Source: a virus | Taxonomy: Duplodnaviria; Caudoviricetes | Reading direction: 5' to 3' (one strand) | IMG/VR virus record: IMGVR_UViG_3300044247_000011 | Span: 1 to 28,636 of that record | Length of the DNA stretch: 28,636 nt | In this document: in pieces, positions 15,309-25,118 of the stretch | How the letters are laid out: every line of letters starts with the position of its first letter | Numbering within the stretch: position 1 is the first letter of the stretch | Notes under the pieces: generated by a model | What the model was told of the DNA's origin: nothing | The model's database searches: none | The model's input: only the letters and a program-made list of their open reading frames with translations | Made by a program: the position numbers and the translations under genes

Positions 15309-16178
15309 TCAGAACACCGGTTGACCGTCAAAGGGATTTCGACCAGGGGTATGCGGGAATCCTCCGAAGTTGCCGAGGTTGTTGAACTTGTTGACGCAAG
15401 TATCAACGACGCGATCACAGCCGGGGAAAACCGAGATCGGGTCTCCGATATCCAACCCGGCGGGTGTCCCGATCAAGGTGATCTGGTCACCGGCATGCGT
15501 GATAATCATGCGTCGTTCAAGCATGCCCGAAGGGAGGTGGTATTCCATAAAGCCACCGTCGAACCAACCGTCCGAGTCTACCGGAAATCCAGAAGCGGTA
15601 ATCGTCAACCCGCCAATAGCGGTGACCGTCGCAAACACCCGGAACAACTCGCGGTCAACCTTGCACGTATTCGTCGCGTACAAGACGTGTGGACAGTTGC
15701 GCTGGTAGCCATACCGTAGCCCGCCACGCTGGAAGGATGCCGCCAACATCGCACAGGTGATCTTGGCCTCAACCTCGTCCACTTGTAAGATCCCATTGAC
15801 GGTGCCGATCCACGTTATCAGTGCATCGGATACCGTGGGCGTCATGCTGTCGATGTCGGTTATATCGCCTACGTGCGCGCGGCGCAGTCGCAGCCACACC
15901 GTATCGGATGGCAGCGTCCCGAAGTAACGTAACTGCTGGCAGAACTCCTCTTCGATCGGCATCGTCACAACCAGAGTGGTACTCTGCGCCTCACTGCTCA
16001 GACGGATCGCCTCGTGCCGGATCGGCACCGCTTTCCACTCGACATCGTTATACCAGACGTTGCGATCGGAACCGTTGTAGCGCCAAATATAGTCTGTCCC
16101 GCCCGAGTTACGGATGAACTCGAAAAGCTCGATCGGCCGCCCGCCGAAGCCAGAGACTTCGTATCCGATAGCGGGCAT
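15309..16178 (-). CDS. DUF2163/BR0599-family tail hub protein (lambda L-like Cys motif)
   Basis: RPIELFEF...QRNCPHVLY...C, WFDGG, PGCDRVVDTCVNKFNNLGNFGGFPHTP. Confidence 0.9.
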   Translation of the reverse strand: MPAIGYEVSGFGGRPIELFEFIRNSGGTDYIWRYNGSDRNVWYNDVEWKAVPIRHEAIRLSSEAQSTTLVVTMPIEEEFCQQLRYFGTLPSDTVWLRLRRAHVGDITDIDSMTPTVSDALITWIGTVNGILQVDEVEAKITCAMLAASFQRGGLRYGYQRNCPHVLYATNTCKVDRELFRVFATVTAIGGLTITASGFPVDSDGWFDGGFMEYHLPSGMLERRMIITHAGDQITLIGTPAGLDIGDPISVFPGCDRVVDTCVNKFNNLGNFGGFPHTPGRNPFDGQPVF

Positions 16179-16966
16179 CAGGGTAACCGTTCGATGGTCG
16201 TAGTGGATACCACGCCTTCACCCGATGATGTGGTCACCCCGGAAATCGACATACTACCTGAGACGCCATACCCCGGTCCCGGTGTATCCAGTAACGGCAG
16301 CGTGTCGCCAACGGTGAACCGCCCCAACGATCCCAAGTTATCCATGTACGTGTCGGAGCTACCGTGCAAGAAGACCTTGGGGACCAACCCAGTAACATAC
16401 TCCCCCGCCGGTCCCCAATCCACCGGACCCCCACCAAACAGACGAGCAACGTTGGCTGGATTCAACAGATCGAAGAACGGCTCGCCATAGCTCCATCGCC
16501 AATCGCTTAGCGCGAAGCCGGGAGGGGCGCGTCCCGGTCCAATCGACCACCCCGTATTCTCATGAACAGTGACAAGGTTGTTCGTGTAGAAATCCACATT
16601 GGGATCTAAAAGCTGCCGATTGAGCATGTATTGCATCGTGCCTGTGGAAAACCGGCAACTCAGCGCAAACGAATTCCAACCGCCTTGAATATACGGGTGG
16701 GCGGGGAGATCATCCAACATCCCAGTGCCGCCACCACAGACAAAATCACCGGAATAGCTTTCCCTGATGTTCGCGATCAGGGTCATGATGCCGCTGGAAA
16801 ATGCCAACTCGATGAAAAAGATACCCCACTCGTCGGCGATCGGAGCAAACACCTGAACCGTGTCGTCAAATGGCGGGATCTGCAACCAACCAGCCAGCAG
16901 GAAGGTGTCGGTTACCCCTCCGAGATCGTCAGATTCCTCCGCAAAAAGGAAAGTCGCGTAAGCCAT
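16178..16966 (-). CDS. Concanavalin/LamG-like putative receptor-binding protein (262 aa)
   Basis: Beta-rich and aromatic, with GGWNSFALS. Its C-terminal half aligns by eye with the C-terminal domain of the upstream 838-aa protein. Confidence 0.65.
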   Translation of the reverse strand: MAYATFLFAEESDDLGGVTDTFLLAGWLQIPPFDDTVQVFAPIADEWGIFFIELAFSSGIMTLIANIRESYSGDFVCGGGTGMLDDLPAHPYIQGGWNSFALSCRFSTGTMQYMLNRQLLDPNVDFYTNNLVTVHENTGWSIGPGRAPPGFALSDWRWSYGEPFFDLLNPANVARLFGGGPVDWGPAGEYVTGLVPKVFLHGSSDTYMDNLGSLGRFTVGDTLPLLDTPGPGYGVSGSMSISGVTTSSGEGVVSTTTIERLP

Positions 16967-16974
16967 GCTGACCT

Positions 16975-19491
16975 CTACGTTGGAGTACCCGGAAACGGGT
17001 CGTGCGGTCTTGGGAACGGTGCCGGTCCATAAACGAACACCCCGTCTATCGTATGGGATATACTGGTTGTATCGATATCATACGTGCCGGCATTGGTATC
17101 AGGAGTAGATCGCAATACATTGATCGTACCACCGGTCCCCCGGTTATCCGCAAACTCGTCCACATTGCCTCCAAGGTAAACTGCGGGTGCGGTGCCAGTT
17201 GGCGTCGCTCCGTTACTGCCAAGCTCAACCGCATAGCCATCATCGTAGAACTTTGCCAAATTGGCTGAGTTGGACAAATCGAGATACTGCCCCGGAGCAA
17301 AGTAAAGCTCTGCAAACATGCCATCTTGAAAGGAATTATAAAGCGGCCCGTTGCTATTGCCTAACAAGTTTACTGGCGCGGATGAATAATCAATTGTCGT
17401 CGGTGGGATCGTACCGATTATATCCCCGATAGCATCGCGACGGGATACCCCGTCAACGTAGCAGTGGAACCTTGTGTAGGGATCAGAGGTGCTCAGATCC
17501 CATGCAAATATAATGTGGTGCCAATGACCATCATCCTGATTGATCTCAACCGGATTAAAATCGGTCATCAATTGCGTCACCCTTGGAACGTCATTATTAA
17601 CTGGATTGAAAATCATGTTGTAAGTGCCATGAGCGCTGCCACCGGATGTTAACTGCACCCCTGGAAAGTAGGTGCCAGCGGGTGAAGCAAGCAACGAGGT
17701 AAGTATGGTGAACACATTATACCAACCTAACGTAAGCCCAGAGTCCTCACCCGGATATGTTGCGTACTGGCGATACCAGAGACTGTAAATGCCTGTTGGC
17801 GTGGAACCAACGCCGGCTAACGGCCCCGCACTCTGCAACATTGTTTGCATTTCTATGTAAACGGCCCTCGACCTATAAAGTGGGACCGGAATGGGTACTT
17901 GAAATAGGACCGCCGGAAACGGTTCGGGTGGAACGGGACCGGGTCCGCTCTTTATCGCAGTCCGAAATACTGCATTGACCGTTGTGACCCCTTGCGTGTC
18001 AACAGGATGTACAAACTCAACTTCGTCCTGATCCAGCCGCGCGATCGTCAGGAAACTGATCCTCCTTACATCCTTCAGCCCGACATCTCGACCAAGTTGC
18101 AGATCGATCACGAGTTGCTCATACTCCCCGTCATCGCCCACATTCGCCGCTGCAACGATTTCCCGGTAAAGTCGTGCTCCATCACGGAGTTGGATAACGA
18201 TGTGGTTACGATGTTCGAACGGCCCGCCCATATCAGTATAACCACAACGTTTGACCAACATCGTGGTATCATTCGCGAGCATAGGCTCGACCAAATCAAA
18301 GTCCATCATGCCTGATGGCAGCCAAAGCGGCATCAGGCGTCCCATCAGCGTGTAGAACAGCCCTCGTAGTCGCCAATGCGCCGCCCGACCTTTGGCGAAC
18401 CATGCGAAATCCTGATGCGTGAAACCGGCAACATCGTAAAGGATCGGAATGCCGGTATTGTTATCAAGTTGAAACCATGTGCGGTCATAGCGTACCGACA
18501 AATCAACTTCGTCGGTGTCCTCCTCCAATACATAGTTGTTACGGTAGATACCAAGGCGTGACACAGCGTTTGAACGGTTCGGCTCCAGCGATTGGAATCG
18601 TGCTCGAATCTCCGCAGTGCGATCGGCTCGCCGCGAGAATTGTGGTTGAGTTTCTAGTTTACACTTTTTAGCCGGTAACACCCGCATACCGACCGACCAA
18701 CTACCGGTAATAGGGGCGGCCAGTGAAAGGTAATCAGTGCCGTAGCCGGCGATCTCGACCAACTCGTACACGAATGGGTCGCGATCTAAGTTGACAAGCA
18801 TCGCGTACCGGCAGCTTTGAAGCTCGGTATAGCTGGTGTCGAGATAGATCGTCGTATCGCCACCAGCAGCCGCTACCGTGAGGTGACAGACATCGTGCCA
18901 CAGGGGGACATAGATCGGTGAACCCGCCGTCGCAATGGTCAACAAGTCAAGATAGGTCCGGTTGGGTCCGTACAGCATGTAGCTATATTCGAACCGCTGT
19001 CTCGGGCTGACCCGCAGCCCCATCCGCTGCTCAATCGCCATCGGGGATTGGGCAACGGTTGTCAGCCATTCCAGCGTCTCAGTCAGACCGCCTCGCCAAT
19101 TGGGGCGCAGGGTCCACACTGCCAGCTTCTCTAGTGACTCAAACGAGTAGATGGCAAGGTTGCCGTCATTCTGGAGCGTCAGGTAGGCACCCTCATTGTC
19201 ATCCGTGTCACTCGCCCACAGCGGCTCCGTATCAGCGTAGATGACGAGGTTGCCGTCAGGTTGCATGACGAGCTTGGTAGCACCCTGATCCTCGGTAGCG
19301 GTCGCCCATAAGACCGTAGACGGCAACTGCAACAGAACCAGATTGCCGTCTTTCTGGAATAGCAACCGGAAAACCGCATTCGGGCTATCCACCCACTGGC
19401 CCGGATACATCGTGGAACCATTGGGCAAGGCAGTCTTGCCACCGAACGCACCCGGTGACACCACCGTGTCAGTTGCCCACAGCGCCGGCAT
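16975..19491 (-). CDS. Distal tail protein with N-terminal bulb-type (B-) lectin and C-terminal LamG-like domain
   Basis: First gene after the tape measure. QKDGNLVLL, QPDGNLVIY and QNDGNLAIY lectin motifs; core RPNWRGGLTETLEWLT...EQR...PRQ; C-terminal DGHWHHIIFAWD...YVDG. Confidence 0.88.
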   Translation of the reverse strand: MPALWATDTVVSPGAFGGKTALPNGSTMYPGQWVDSPNAVFRLLFQKDGNLVLLQLPSTVLWATATEDQGATKLVMQPDGNLVIYADTEPLWASDTDDNEGAYLTLQNDGNLAIYSFESLEKLAVWTLRPNWRGGLTETLEWLTTVAQSPMAIEQRMGLRVSPRQRFEYSYMLYGPNRTYLDLLTIATAGSPIYVPLWHDVCHLTVAAAGGDTTIYLDTSYTELQSCRYAMLVNLDRDPFVYELVEIAGYGTDYLSLAAPITGSWSVGMRVLPAKKCKLETQPQFSRRADRTAEIRARFQSLEPNRSNAVSRLGIYRNNYVLEEDTDEVDLSVRYDRTWFQLDNNTGIPILYDVAGFTHQDFAWFAKGRAAHWRLRGLFYTLMGRLMPLWLPSGMMDFDLVEPMLANDTTMLVKRCGYTDMGGPFEHRNHIVIQLRDGARLYREIVAAANVGDDGEYEQLVIDLQLGRDVGLKDVRRISFLTIARLDQDEVEFVHPVDTQGVTTVNAVFRTAIKSGPGPVPPEPFPAVLFQVPIPVPLYRSRAVYIEMQTMLQSAGPLAGVGSTPTGIYSLWYRQYATYPGEDSGLTLGWYNVFTILTSLLASPAGTYFPGVQLTSGGSAHGTYNMIFNPVNNDVPRVTQLMTDFNPVEINQDDGHWHHIIFAWDLSTSDPYTRFHCYVDGVSRRDAIGDIIGTIPPTTIDYSSAPVNLLGNSNGPLYNSFQDGMFAELYFAPGQYLDLSNSANLAKFYDDGYAVELGSNGATPTGTAPAVYLGGNVDEFADNRGTGGTINVLRSTPDTNAGTYDIDTTSISHTIDGVFVYGPAPFPRPHDPFPGTPT

Positions 19492-19492
19492 G

Positions 19493-22400
19493 TCAGCCTC
19501 TCACGATGCTACGGATGGTGGCAGCATTCTTGACCAAATGCTGCACCACTATCCGCTCACCGGCTGACGATGACATCGCATGCGGGATGCGCTGCGGGTC
19601 ATCGACCAACACCGACCTGATGTTGATGGCCCCGCCGCCGCCGCCGCCGCCAGCACGGTTCATCACGTTGCGTGGGTCATCCCTGGTCAGTACCTCTTCA
19701 CCCCGCTGTAGGATCGCGGCCTGCTCGTTTACGCCCATCCCGACCACCGACCCCCGATGGTAGCGAGGTGCATTGTCCCACCACGATGCCGGTGCCAATG
19801 CCGGGACACCGGCACGCCCAACAACACCGCCTCTATGGAAGAACAGCATCGACACTTCGGGCGCGAGCGTACTGGTTGCAACCGGTGCCACCGTCGAAGC
19901 GGTCCCGCTTATCGTAGCTCCTGCCAGATTCGTACCTGTCTGGCTGCCGAACCCTAACAGTTTACCGAAGAAGCCGCCGATACCGCCGCCGCCGGCACCA
20001 CCGGTATCGACACCGAACAAACTAGACGCAAGCTTGGCTGCCTCAGCCTTAAGGATGTAATTCGCGATGTCCTTCAACAACTGCGCGAACAGGTTCATAC
20101 CGGCGTTCTTGACCGACGTAAGAACGTCTTTCCACTGCCCGGTCTTCGCGATGGCGTTGCCGATCGACTGAGCCACGGTATCGAATGCGGTCGCGAGGCC
20201 GGTACTAAACGATCCAGTAAACGTATCCTTCAAACCCTTCCAGAACGGGTCGATGTACTGCGCTTCCGCTCGGAACTTTTTAGCCTCTGCGGTCAGTTCG
20301 GCAATTTTTGTCGGGCTTAAATTATTTTGCGTTTGGATGTATTTCTCGATCGCTTCGGCGGCTTTAATACTCGCATCTCTCGTGAGATCGAACGCCTCTT
20401 TTTGCAACCGCAGTTTCTCAGTGAGATCAATCGCACCGAGATCGTACAGCCTATCGGCAGTCGAAACGAGAGCTTGCCGAGTTTGTGCGGTTTCTTGTCC
20501 TGCCTTCTGGGCTGCCGTCAGGTTATTGCGGGCAAGCTCCATCTGGCGCAAGTTCTCAAGCTCTTGCTTTTGTGAATCGAGCTTGGCCTTATCCGTAGTT
20601 GTTTGACGTTCTGCCAGCTTTTCGAGTTGCTTGATCTCGGTGTCGTACTTCAGATTAGTTGCAGTGTTGAGTTGGTCGAGGGCAGATTTCTGCTCGTTGA
20701 GAAGGGAACGACGAAGCTCAGCTATCCGCTTGTCAGTGGCGTCAACCTGATCCCGCTCGGTCTTTTCCCGTTGTACTTGTGCCCGCGCCTCAGCTTCGCC
20801 CCTATCTTTAACCGCCCTCAGCGCCTCGTAGCCTTTAATACCCTCTGCTGTAGCTTTCGCTACCGCTGCGGCACCGGCTGCCTGAATGCGGATGTAATCA
20901 TTACCGTCTTGGATACGCTGTTTGTTCTCCTGTTCTTCTATGGCAAAGTTTTCCCGCTTCTTACGTTGATCAAACTCCACCAAAGCTAATCGGACAATCT
21001 CGTTCTGTTTAAGTGTTTCACTCGACTCCTCTTGGGCGCGAACCCGAGTTTGTCGTTCAAACTCTCGCCGCTCTTCCGCCTGACTTGCTGCTTGTTCTAA
21101 CGCTATGCGGTCTTTTGCTTGCTGAATAGCCCGTTGAGCGTTCTTTTCCTTCTCCCCGGTGTCGCGAGTTGTTGTCCCCGGAGTACCAGGAGGAACGACA
21201 GGAGCAGTGGAGCCGTCCGCTCCCGCATACATCCGCGCCGCTTCTATACGTTTTTGCAGTAACTGCCCACCGGATCGCTCGAATACCCTCTCGAATCGAA
21301 CTGCAAACTCTTCAGCGGACCCGGCCGCCTTCTTGAAAGTTGGATCTAGAGCGCTTAGCTCCTTGTCCAATAAATCCAGTTGTGTAGCGATATCGGTCGA
21401 ACCGCCCAAAGCCGCTTGACGATTCTTATCCCACTGGGCGAGGCCAAAGTGACCAGTAGCATTCCTCGCACCAGGGTCGAAACTTGACTCGATCGCAATA
21501 TTCCCCATGATGCCGGCTATCTGAGCCGGCGAGTAACCACGCGTAGCCAACCCCTGTCGAACTATTTCCTCATTCTGTGGACGGGGAAGCGTGGCCGTCG
21601 CTGCCGGTGGTGGGCTGGAGAGAGCGCCGGCAATCAAGCTCCCGACGCCGTAGGGAGGTATTAATATTTTAAGGGCAAGTTGTAACTTCGGATCACTTAA
21701 CTTCTCAGCGAGTTTGTCCGCATATTCAACCGCTTTAGCCATATAACCGACAAGGCTGGTAAAAATACCTACAAGGTCATTGAAAACCTTACTCTTACCA
21801 AGCGTATCGAGAAGATGGTTCCACTCCTTAGTTAGGTTCTCGGTAGCCTTGGTAAGCGGGCTGGTGCCCCTCTCTGCCGCATCTCGATACACACCGGACA
21901 AGATGCGAAGGACTTCAATTTGAGCCTGACCGGCCTTCCCTTCCTCCAACAAAGCCCGAACTCGTTTAAGCTGAGCGTCATTAAGAGCCGGGTACTTCGC
22001 AAGCAAATCCTCGATGGCTTCTCGACCACCGGTCAAGCCCTTGATGATATCGGCCATCGCGTCGTTGATATCGACGCCTCCGCGAGATATATCCTTTGCT
22101 AGTTGAGCAAACGGCTGAATCAATTCCGGCCGGATGTTGGCTTTAACCGCCTGATTGATTATCTTGCCAGCGTCTTCCCAAGAGACAGCCATGTCTTCAA
22201 CTGTGTGTTGAAGAGCGACTAGCTGTTCTTTGTTATATCCAATCGCACGGGCATTGGCCGTCAGGGCCGCATCAAACTGACGTAGCGAGGCAGCTTCGTT
22301 TAGGTTTCTGGTTAGTGCCCCGATGGCAACTGCGGCGGCAGTAGCTGCTATCGCTACCGCCGGGAACCAGCGCAGCGCAGCCATACCGAAAATTTGGATG

Positions 22401-23581
22401 AACTGACCACCTTGCTGGGCGAGTATCTGGGTGGCATTCTGACCACTCGCCAGACCGCTAACGACATCGTTGATCTGGTAGCCCAGGTTGGTCAGTTCAT
22501 AAGGGCGCAGCCCAAACAAACTCGGTGTACCGGCGGCACCGCGCCCAGGACGCCCCATGGCATCGGTACGTGGTCCCCCCGGCGGCCCCGCACCGGGTAG
22601 CGGTGTCGGTGTCCTAGCCGGGGCTGCGGCAGCAGTTTCCTCGCCCCTCAACCGGGCTTGGAGCCGCCGGAAATTGGCAAGGGCGTCCGTCTCCCGCTGC
22701 CGTGCTATCTCCCTGGTCCGCGCCGCAACCCGCGCTTCCTCGGCGATCTGTGCATCCGCAGCAGCCTTAGCCGCCGCTACCTTCTCTGCCTGTTCCCTCC
22801 TGACGATCACTAAGCCTTCACGAACCTGGGCGACAAACCTAGCGTTCGCGTCTGCCCGTGCCTTCTCCGTCGTCTTGAATGCCTGGAACGCCTGTAGCTG
22901 CCCCGCCTCTTGCACTTTGACGGATGCCGCGTATGCCTCGGCCGCCTTGCGCTGCTCGGCTGCCTCCGCTGCTGTCGCTTCAGCAAGCTTCCTCGATTCC
23001 TCTCTGGCTTTCCTCGTGTTCTCGGCGAGGTTCAGCTTGGCGTCACCGAGTTTGGTGATTGCCGCGCCAGCCTGATCGGCTGCCGCCTTTAACCGGTCTT
23101 CCGCCGCCGCAATGTTGTTGATATCGACGCCGGCCTTGGTGAGCGATTGGCCCATCTCGGCGAACGTCTGCGTATTCTCGTGAAGGAGAGCCTGTTGCTT
23201 CTCCAGACGTGTGGACAGGGTGCCCAGCATCTTCTCGGCTGCGGCACTGGTGTCCTTGGTTTGCTCCATTTTGGAGCGGTAGGCTTCAAGCTTCTCACGG
23301 GCTGTGGTTACCCGTGCTTCACTTACCGCGATGACCCGTTCGAACGACTTGAACTGGTCAATCGCCGTCGCAAGGCCGGTGAAGTTCCGGCTCGCCTGTT
23401 CGAGTTTGGTCAGGGTGGCAGAAAGCTCTCTCTCGCTTATCTCCGCCTTGTTCGCCGCTGCGATCTGCTTATCGAGGGAAGCGGTTAAGCTATCGACCGC
23501 TGCTTTGGCCTGATTGAACTCAGCCGTAGAAAGATTCTGCGCCCGGATGCGTAGCAGGATGTCCCGTGAGAGATCGCTCAC
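19493..23581 (-). CDS. Tape measure protein with embedded phage lysozyme-like domain
   Basis: 1362 aa, Ala-rich and helical. Lambda-type NLGYQINDVVSGLASGQ...QQGGQ; GYSPAQIAGIMGNIAIES...GLAQW (about 21230-21570); C-terminal FHRGGVVG...AILQRGEEVLT. Confidence 0.95.
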   Translation of the reverse strand: MSDLSRDILLRIRAQNLSTAEFNQAKAAVDSLTASLDKQIAAANKAEISERELSATLTKLEQASRNFTGLATAIDQFKSFERVIAVSEARVTTAREKLEAYRSKMEQTKDTSAAAEKMLGTLSTRLEKQQALLHENTQTFAEMGQSLTKAGVDINNIAAAEDRLKAAADQAGAAITKLGDAKLNLAENTRKAREESRKLAEATAAEAAEQRKAAEAYAASVKVQEAGQLQAFQAFKTTEKARADANARFVAQVREGLVIVRREQAEKVAAAKAAADAQIAEEARVAARTREIARQRETDALANFRRLQARLRGEETAAAAPARTPTPLPGAGPPGGPRTDAMGRPGRGAAGTPSLFGLRPYELTNLGYQINDVVSGLASGQNATQILAQQGGQFIQIFGMAALRWFPAVAIAATAAAVAIGALTRNLNEAASLRQFDAALTANARAIGYNKEQLVALQHTVEDMAVSWEDAGKIINQAVKANIRPELIQPFAQLAKDISRGGVDINDAMADIIKGLTGGREAIEDLLAKYPALNDAQLKRVRALLEEGKAGQAQIEVLRILSGVYRDAAERGTSPLTKATENLTKEWNHLLDTLGKSKVFNDLVGIFTSLVGYMAKAVEYADKLAEKLSDPKLQLALKILIPPYGVGSLIAGALSSPPPAATATLPRPQNEEIVRQGLATRGYSPAQIAGIMGNIAIESSFDPGARNATGHFGLAQWDKNRQAALGGSTDIATQLDLLDKELSALDPTFKKAAGSAEEFAVRFERVFERSGGQLLQKRIEAARMYAGADGSTAPVVPPGTPGTTTRDTGEKEKNAQRAIQQAKDRIALEQAASQAEERREFERQTRVRAQEESSETLKQNEIVRLALVEFDQRKKRENFAIEEQENKQRIQDGNDYIRIQAAGAAAVAKATAEGIKGYEALRAVKDRGEAEARAQVQREKTERDQVDATDKRIAELRRSLLNEQKSALDQLNTATNLKYDTEIKQLEKLAERQTTTDKAKLDSQKQELENLRQMELARNNLTAAQKAGQETAQTRQALVSTADRLYDLGAIDLTEKLRLQKEAFDLTRDASIKAAEAIEKYIQTQNNLSPTKIAELTAEAKKFRAEAQYIDPFWKGLKDTFTGSFSTGLATAFDTVAQSIGNAIAKTGQWKDVLTSVKNAGMNLFAQLLKDIANYILKAEAAKLASSLFGVDTGGAGGGGIGGFFGKLLGFGSQTGTNLAGATISGTASTVAPVATSTLAPEVSMLFFHRGGVVGRAGVPALAPASWWDNAPRYHRGSVVGMGVNEQAAILQRGEEVLTRDDPRNVMNRAGGGGGGGAINIRSVLVDDPQRIPHAMSSSAGERIVVQHLVKNAATIRSIVRG

Positions 23582-23900
23582 CGCAGTTCCTCTAGGCTAT
23601 CGCGCAGATGGTTCCCTCCGGACAATACATCTACAATAGCCGCTCTGATAAGAACGGACTCGGTGGCGACTCGATAATGGATACGTTCCCTGGCGATATC
23701 GGCTTCGGTCCATAGCATCGCAAGCGGAAACGCCCACACGTCGCTACGACCATAGCCTTCACTTATCAGAAGCGCGGCGTCCTCCCGCAACCCCCGATAA
23801 GTTTCAATCGCCCACGTCTCCCTTACTCGGCCGCTTGCGCCAACGTTACCGTCCCCGGTGGGAGAATCCCCTGGATCAGTCTCATTACGTCGGCGGCTAA
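23578..23900 (-). CDS. Frameshifted C-terminal extension of the tail assembly chaperone (lambda gpT-like)
   Basis: The -1 frame is open from the A7 run at 23907-23901 through track ORF 23578..23790 to the stop overlapping the TMP start. Confidence 0.8.
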
Positions 23901-24266
23901 TTTTTTTATCGCGGCAGTATCCTTGAACGTTAGATCCGCGATCGCCAGTAATGCTTCAGCCTGAACCGTAGCCGGCAACTGCAAGGCTGCTTCCTGCTGG
24001 TCCCGCTCATCGCAACACAGTGAGATGACGTTCGCCACCAGTACCGGCGATTCGCGAATCACCTCAATGATCACGTCGCGAATGATGTCTTCATCTGGGA
24101 ACATCATCTCCCGCGACGTTCGAATCTGAGAGGCGATCTGGTCGATGGCGTATCGGTGGTTGTCGATCAACATACTAATGTCTAGGAGGTTCAATGCGCG
24201 AACCTCGAACTCCCCGCCGGGAAACGCCACCGCGCGTCTCACCGGCACAAAATCAGCTAAAGGCAT
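23823..24266 (-). CDS. Tail assembly chaperone (lambda gpG-like)
   Basis: Lies between the major tail and tape measure genes; FEVRALNLLDI...LP..VQ.EAL.AI.DLTF; GGAG RBS. Confidence 0.88.
   Translation of the reverse strand: MPLADFVPVRRAVAFPGGEFEVRALNLLDISMLIDNHRYAIDQIASQIRTSREMMFPDEDIIRDVIIEVIRESPVLVANVISLCCDERDQQEAALQLPATVQAEALLAIADLTFKDTAAIKKLAADVMRLIQGILPPGTVTLAQAAE
23901..23907 (-). promoter_or_regulatory. -1 programmed ribosomal frameshift slippery site (A AAA AAA)
   Basis: Minus strand reads ATA AAA AAA TTA; a -1 shift gives an uninterrupted fusion of about 229 aa. Confidence 0.8.
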
Positions 24267-24279
24267 AGCTCGTCTCCGT

Positions 24280-24313
24280 AAAAAGCCCCCGGTTGCGCGT
24301 AGACAACCGGGGC
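24280..24313 (-). terminator. Intrinsic terminator after the major tail protein gene
   Basis: Minus strand GCCCCGGTTG-TCTACGCG-CAACCGGGGGC-TTTTT. Confidence 0.75.
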
Positions 24314-24323
24314 AGGGGGAGGA

Positions 24324-25106
24324 CTACGCCGCTGCTTTCACCTCCCGAATGTAGACCATCTTGCGGCCATCCTTCGGGATCAGGATTTCAAAGGCAAATG
24401 TCATGGTTTGCCACGTCTCGCCCTTCAGCGCGAACTCACCGGACGGAGCCAGACGCACATGCGGCCAATAGTAATCTCGGTTTGTCCCCTTTGGGTTGTC
24501 CGCGATAAACCTCAGCGACCCCTCGACCTGGGTGTTATCGTCAACCACGACCACCCGATCCTGAACGACAACGTCATAAGTCACGGTGATTTCGTCGTCG
24601 TCCTGAATGTCGGTCGCCCCATCCTCGATAAAGATGCGGCCTTTCTCCAGATCGACTTGGTAGTTGCCGGCCGCCGTGACCGCGCTGGCTGTGACCGATA
24701 CGGTAACATTCGCCACCGTCCCAACACCATCCGCGTACAACTCGGTGCCTAGCTGATACCACAGCCCCCGCTGGACAACGATGTCTTCCGTCTGCGCCGT
24801 TGCGGCTACGGTTGACTCCTCCATCGGCGGCGCAATACCAAACATGATCGCGATGTTTTCCATGTTGATATTGTCGCACTGGAACGTGCCGGCACGGTCA
24901 ACCTGCAATTGCGCCGAATCGTCCCTGACCCGAACGCCCTCATCGGAACTGTAGTGGTCGAGGTTCTGATACGCCGTTGTCATCGTGATCGCGGGCGTGT
25001 TGCCCAGATACCGCTCACCGGTAGGAATTTCAGTGTTCACGGCAGCGAACTTATCGAAATACAGCTTGCCGCGACCGAGTGTGTAGTTCTTCAACTCGCC
25101 TTGCAT
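24324..25106 (-). CDS. Major tail tube protein
   Basis: NYTLGRGKLYF...GERYLGNTP...HYSSDEG...EGSLRFIADNPKGTNRDYYWP.V.LAPSGEFALKGETWQ, typical of chi/YuA-like phages. GGAGG RBS. Confidence 0.92.
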   Translation of the reverse strand: MQGELKNYTLGRGKLYFDKFAAVNTEIPTGERYLGNTPAITMTTAYQNLDHYSSDEGVRVRDDSAQLQVDRAGTFQCDNINMENIAIMFGIAPPMEESTVAATAQTEDIVVQRGLWYQLGTELYADGVGTVANVTVSVTASAVTAAGNYQVDLEKGRIFIEDGATDIQDDDEITVTYDVVVQDRVVVVDDNTQVEGSLRFIADNPKGTNRDYYWPHVRLAPSGEFALKGETWQTMTFAFEILIPKDGRKMVYIREVKAAA

Positions 25107-25118
25107 GATCTTCCTCCG

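Noticed and set aside
19631-19652. (CCG)n microsatellite as a phase-variation tract
   Set aside because: It is an in-frame triplet repeat encoding a poly-Gly linker in the tape measure C-terminus.
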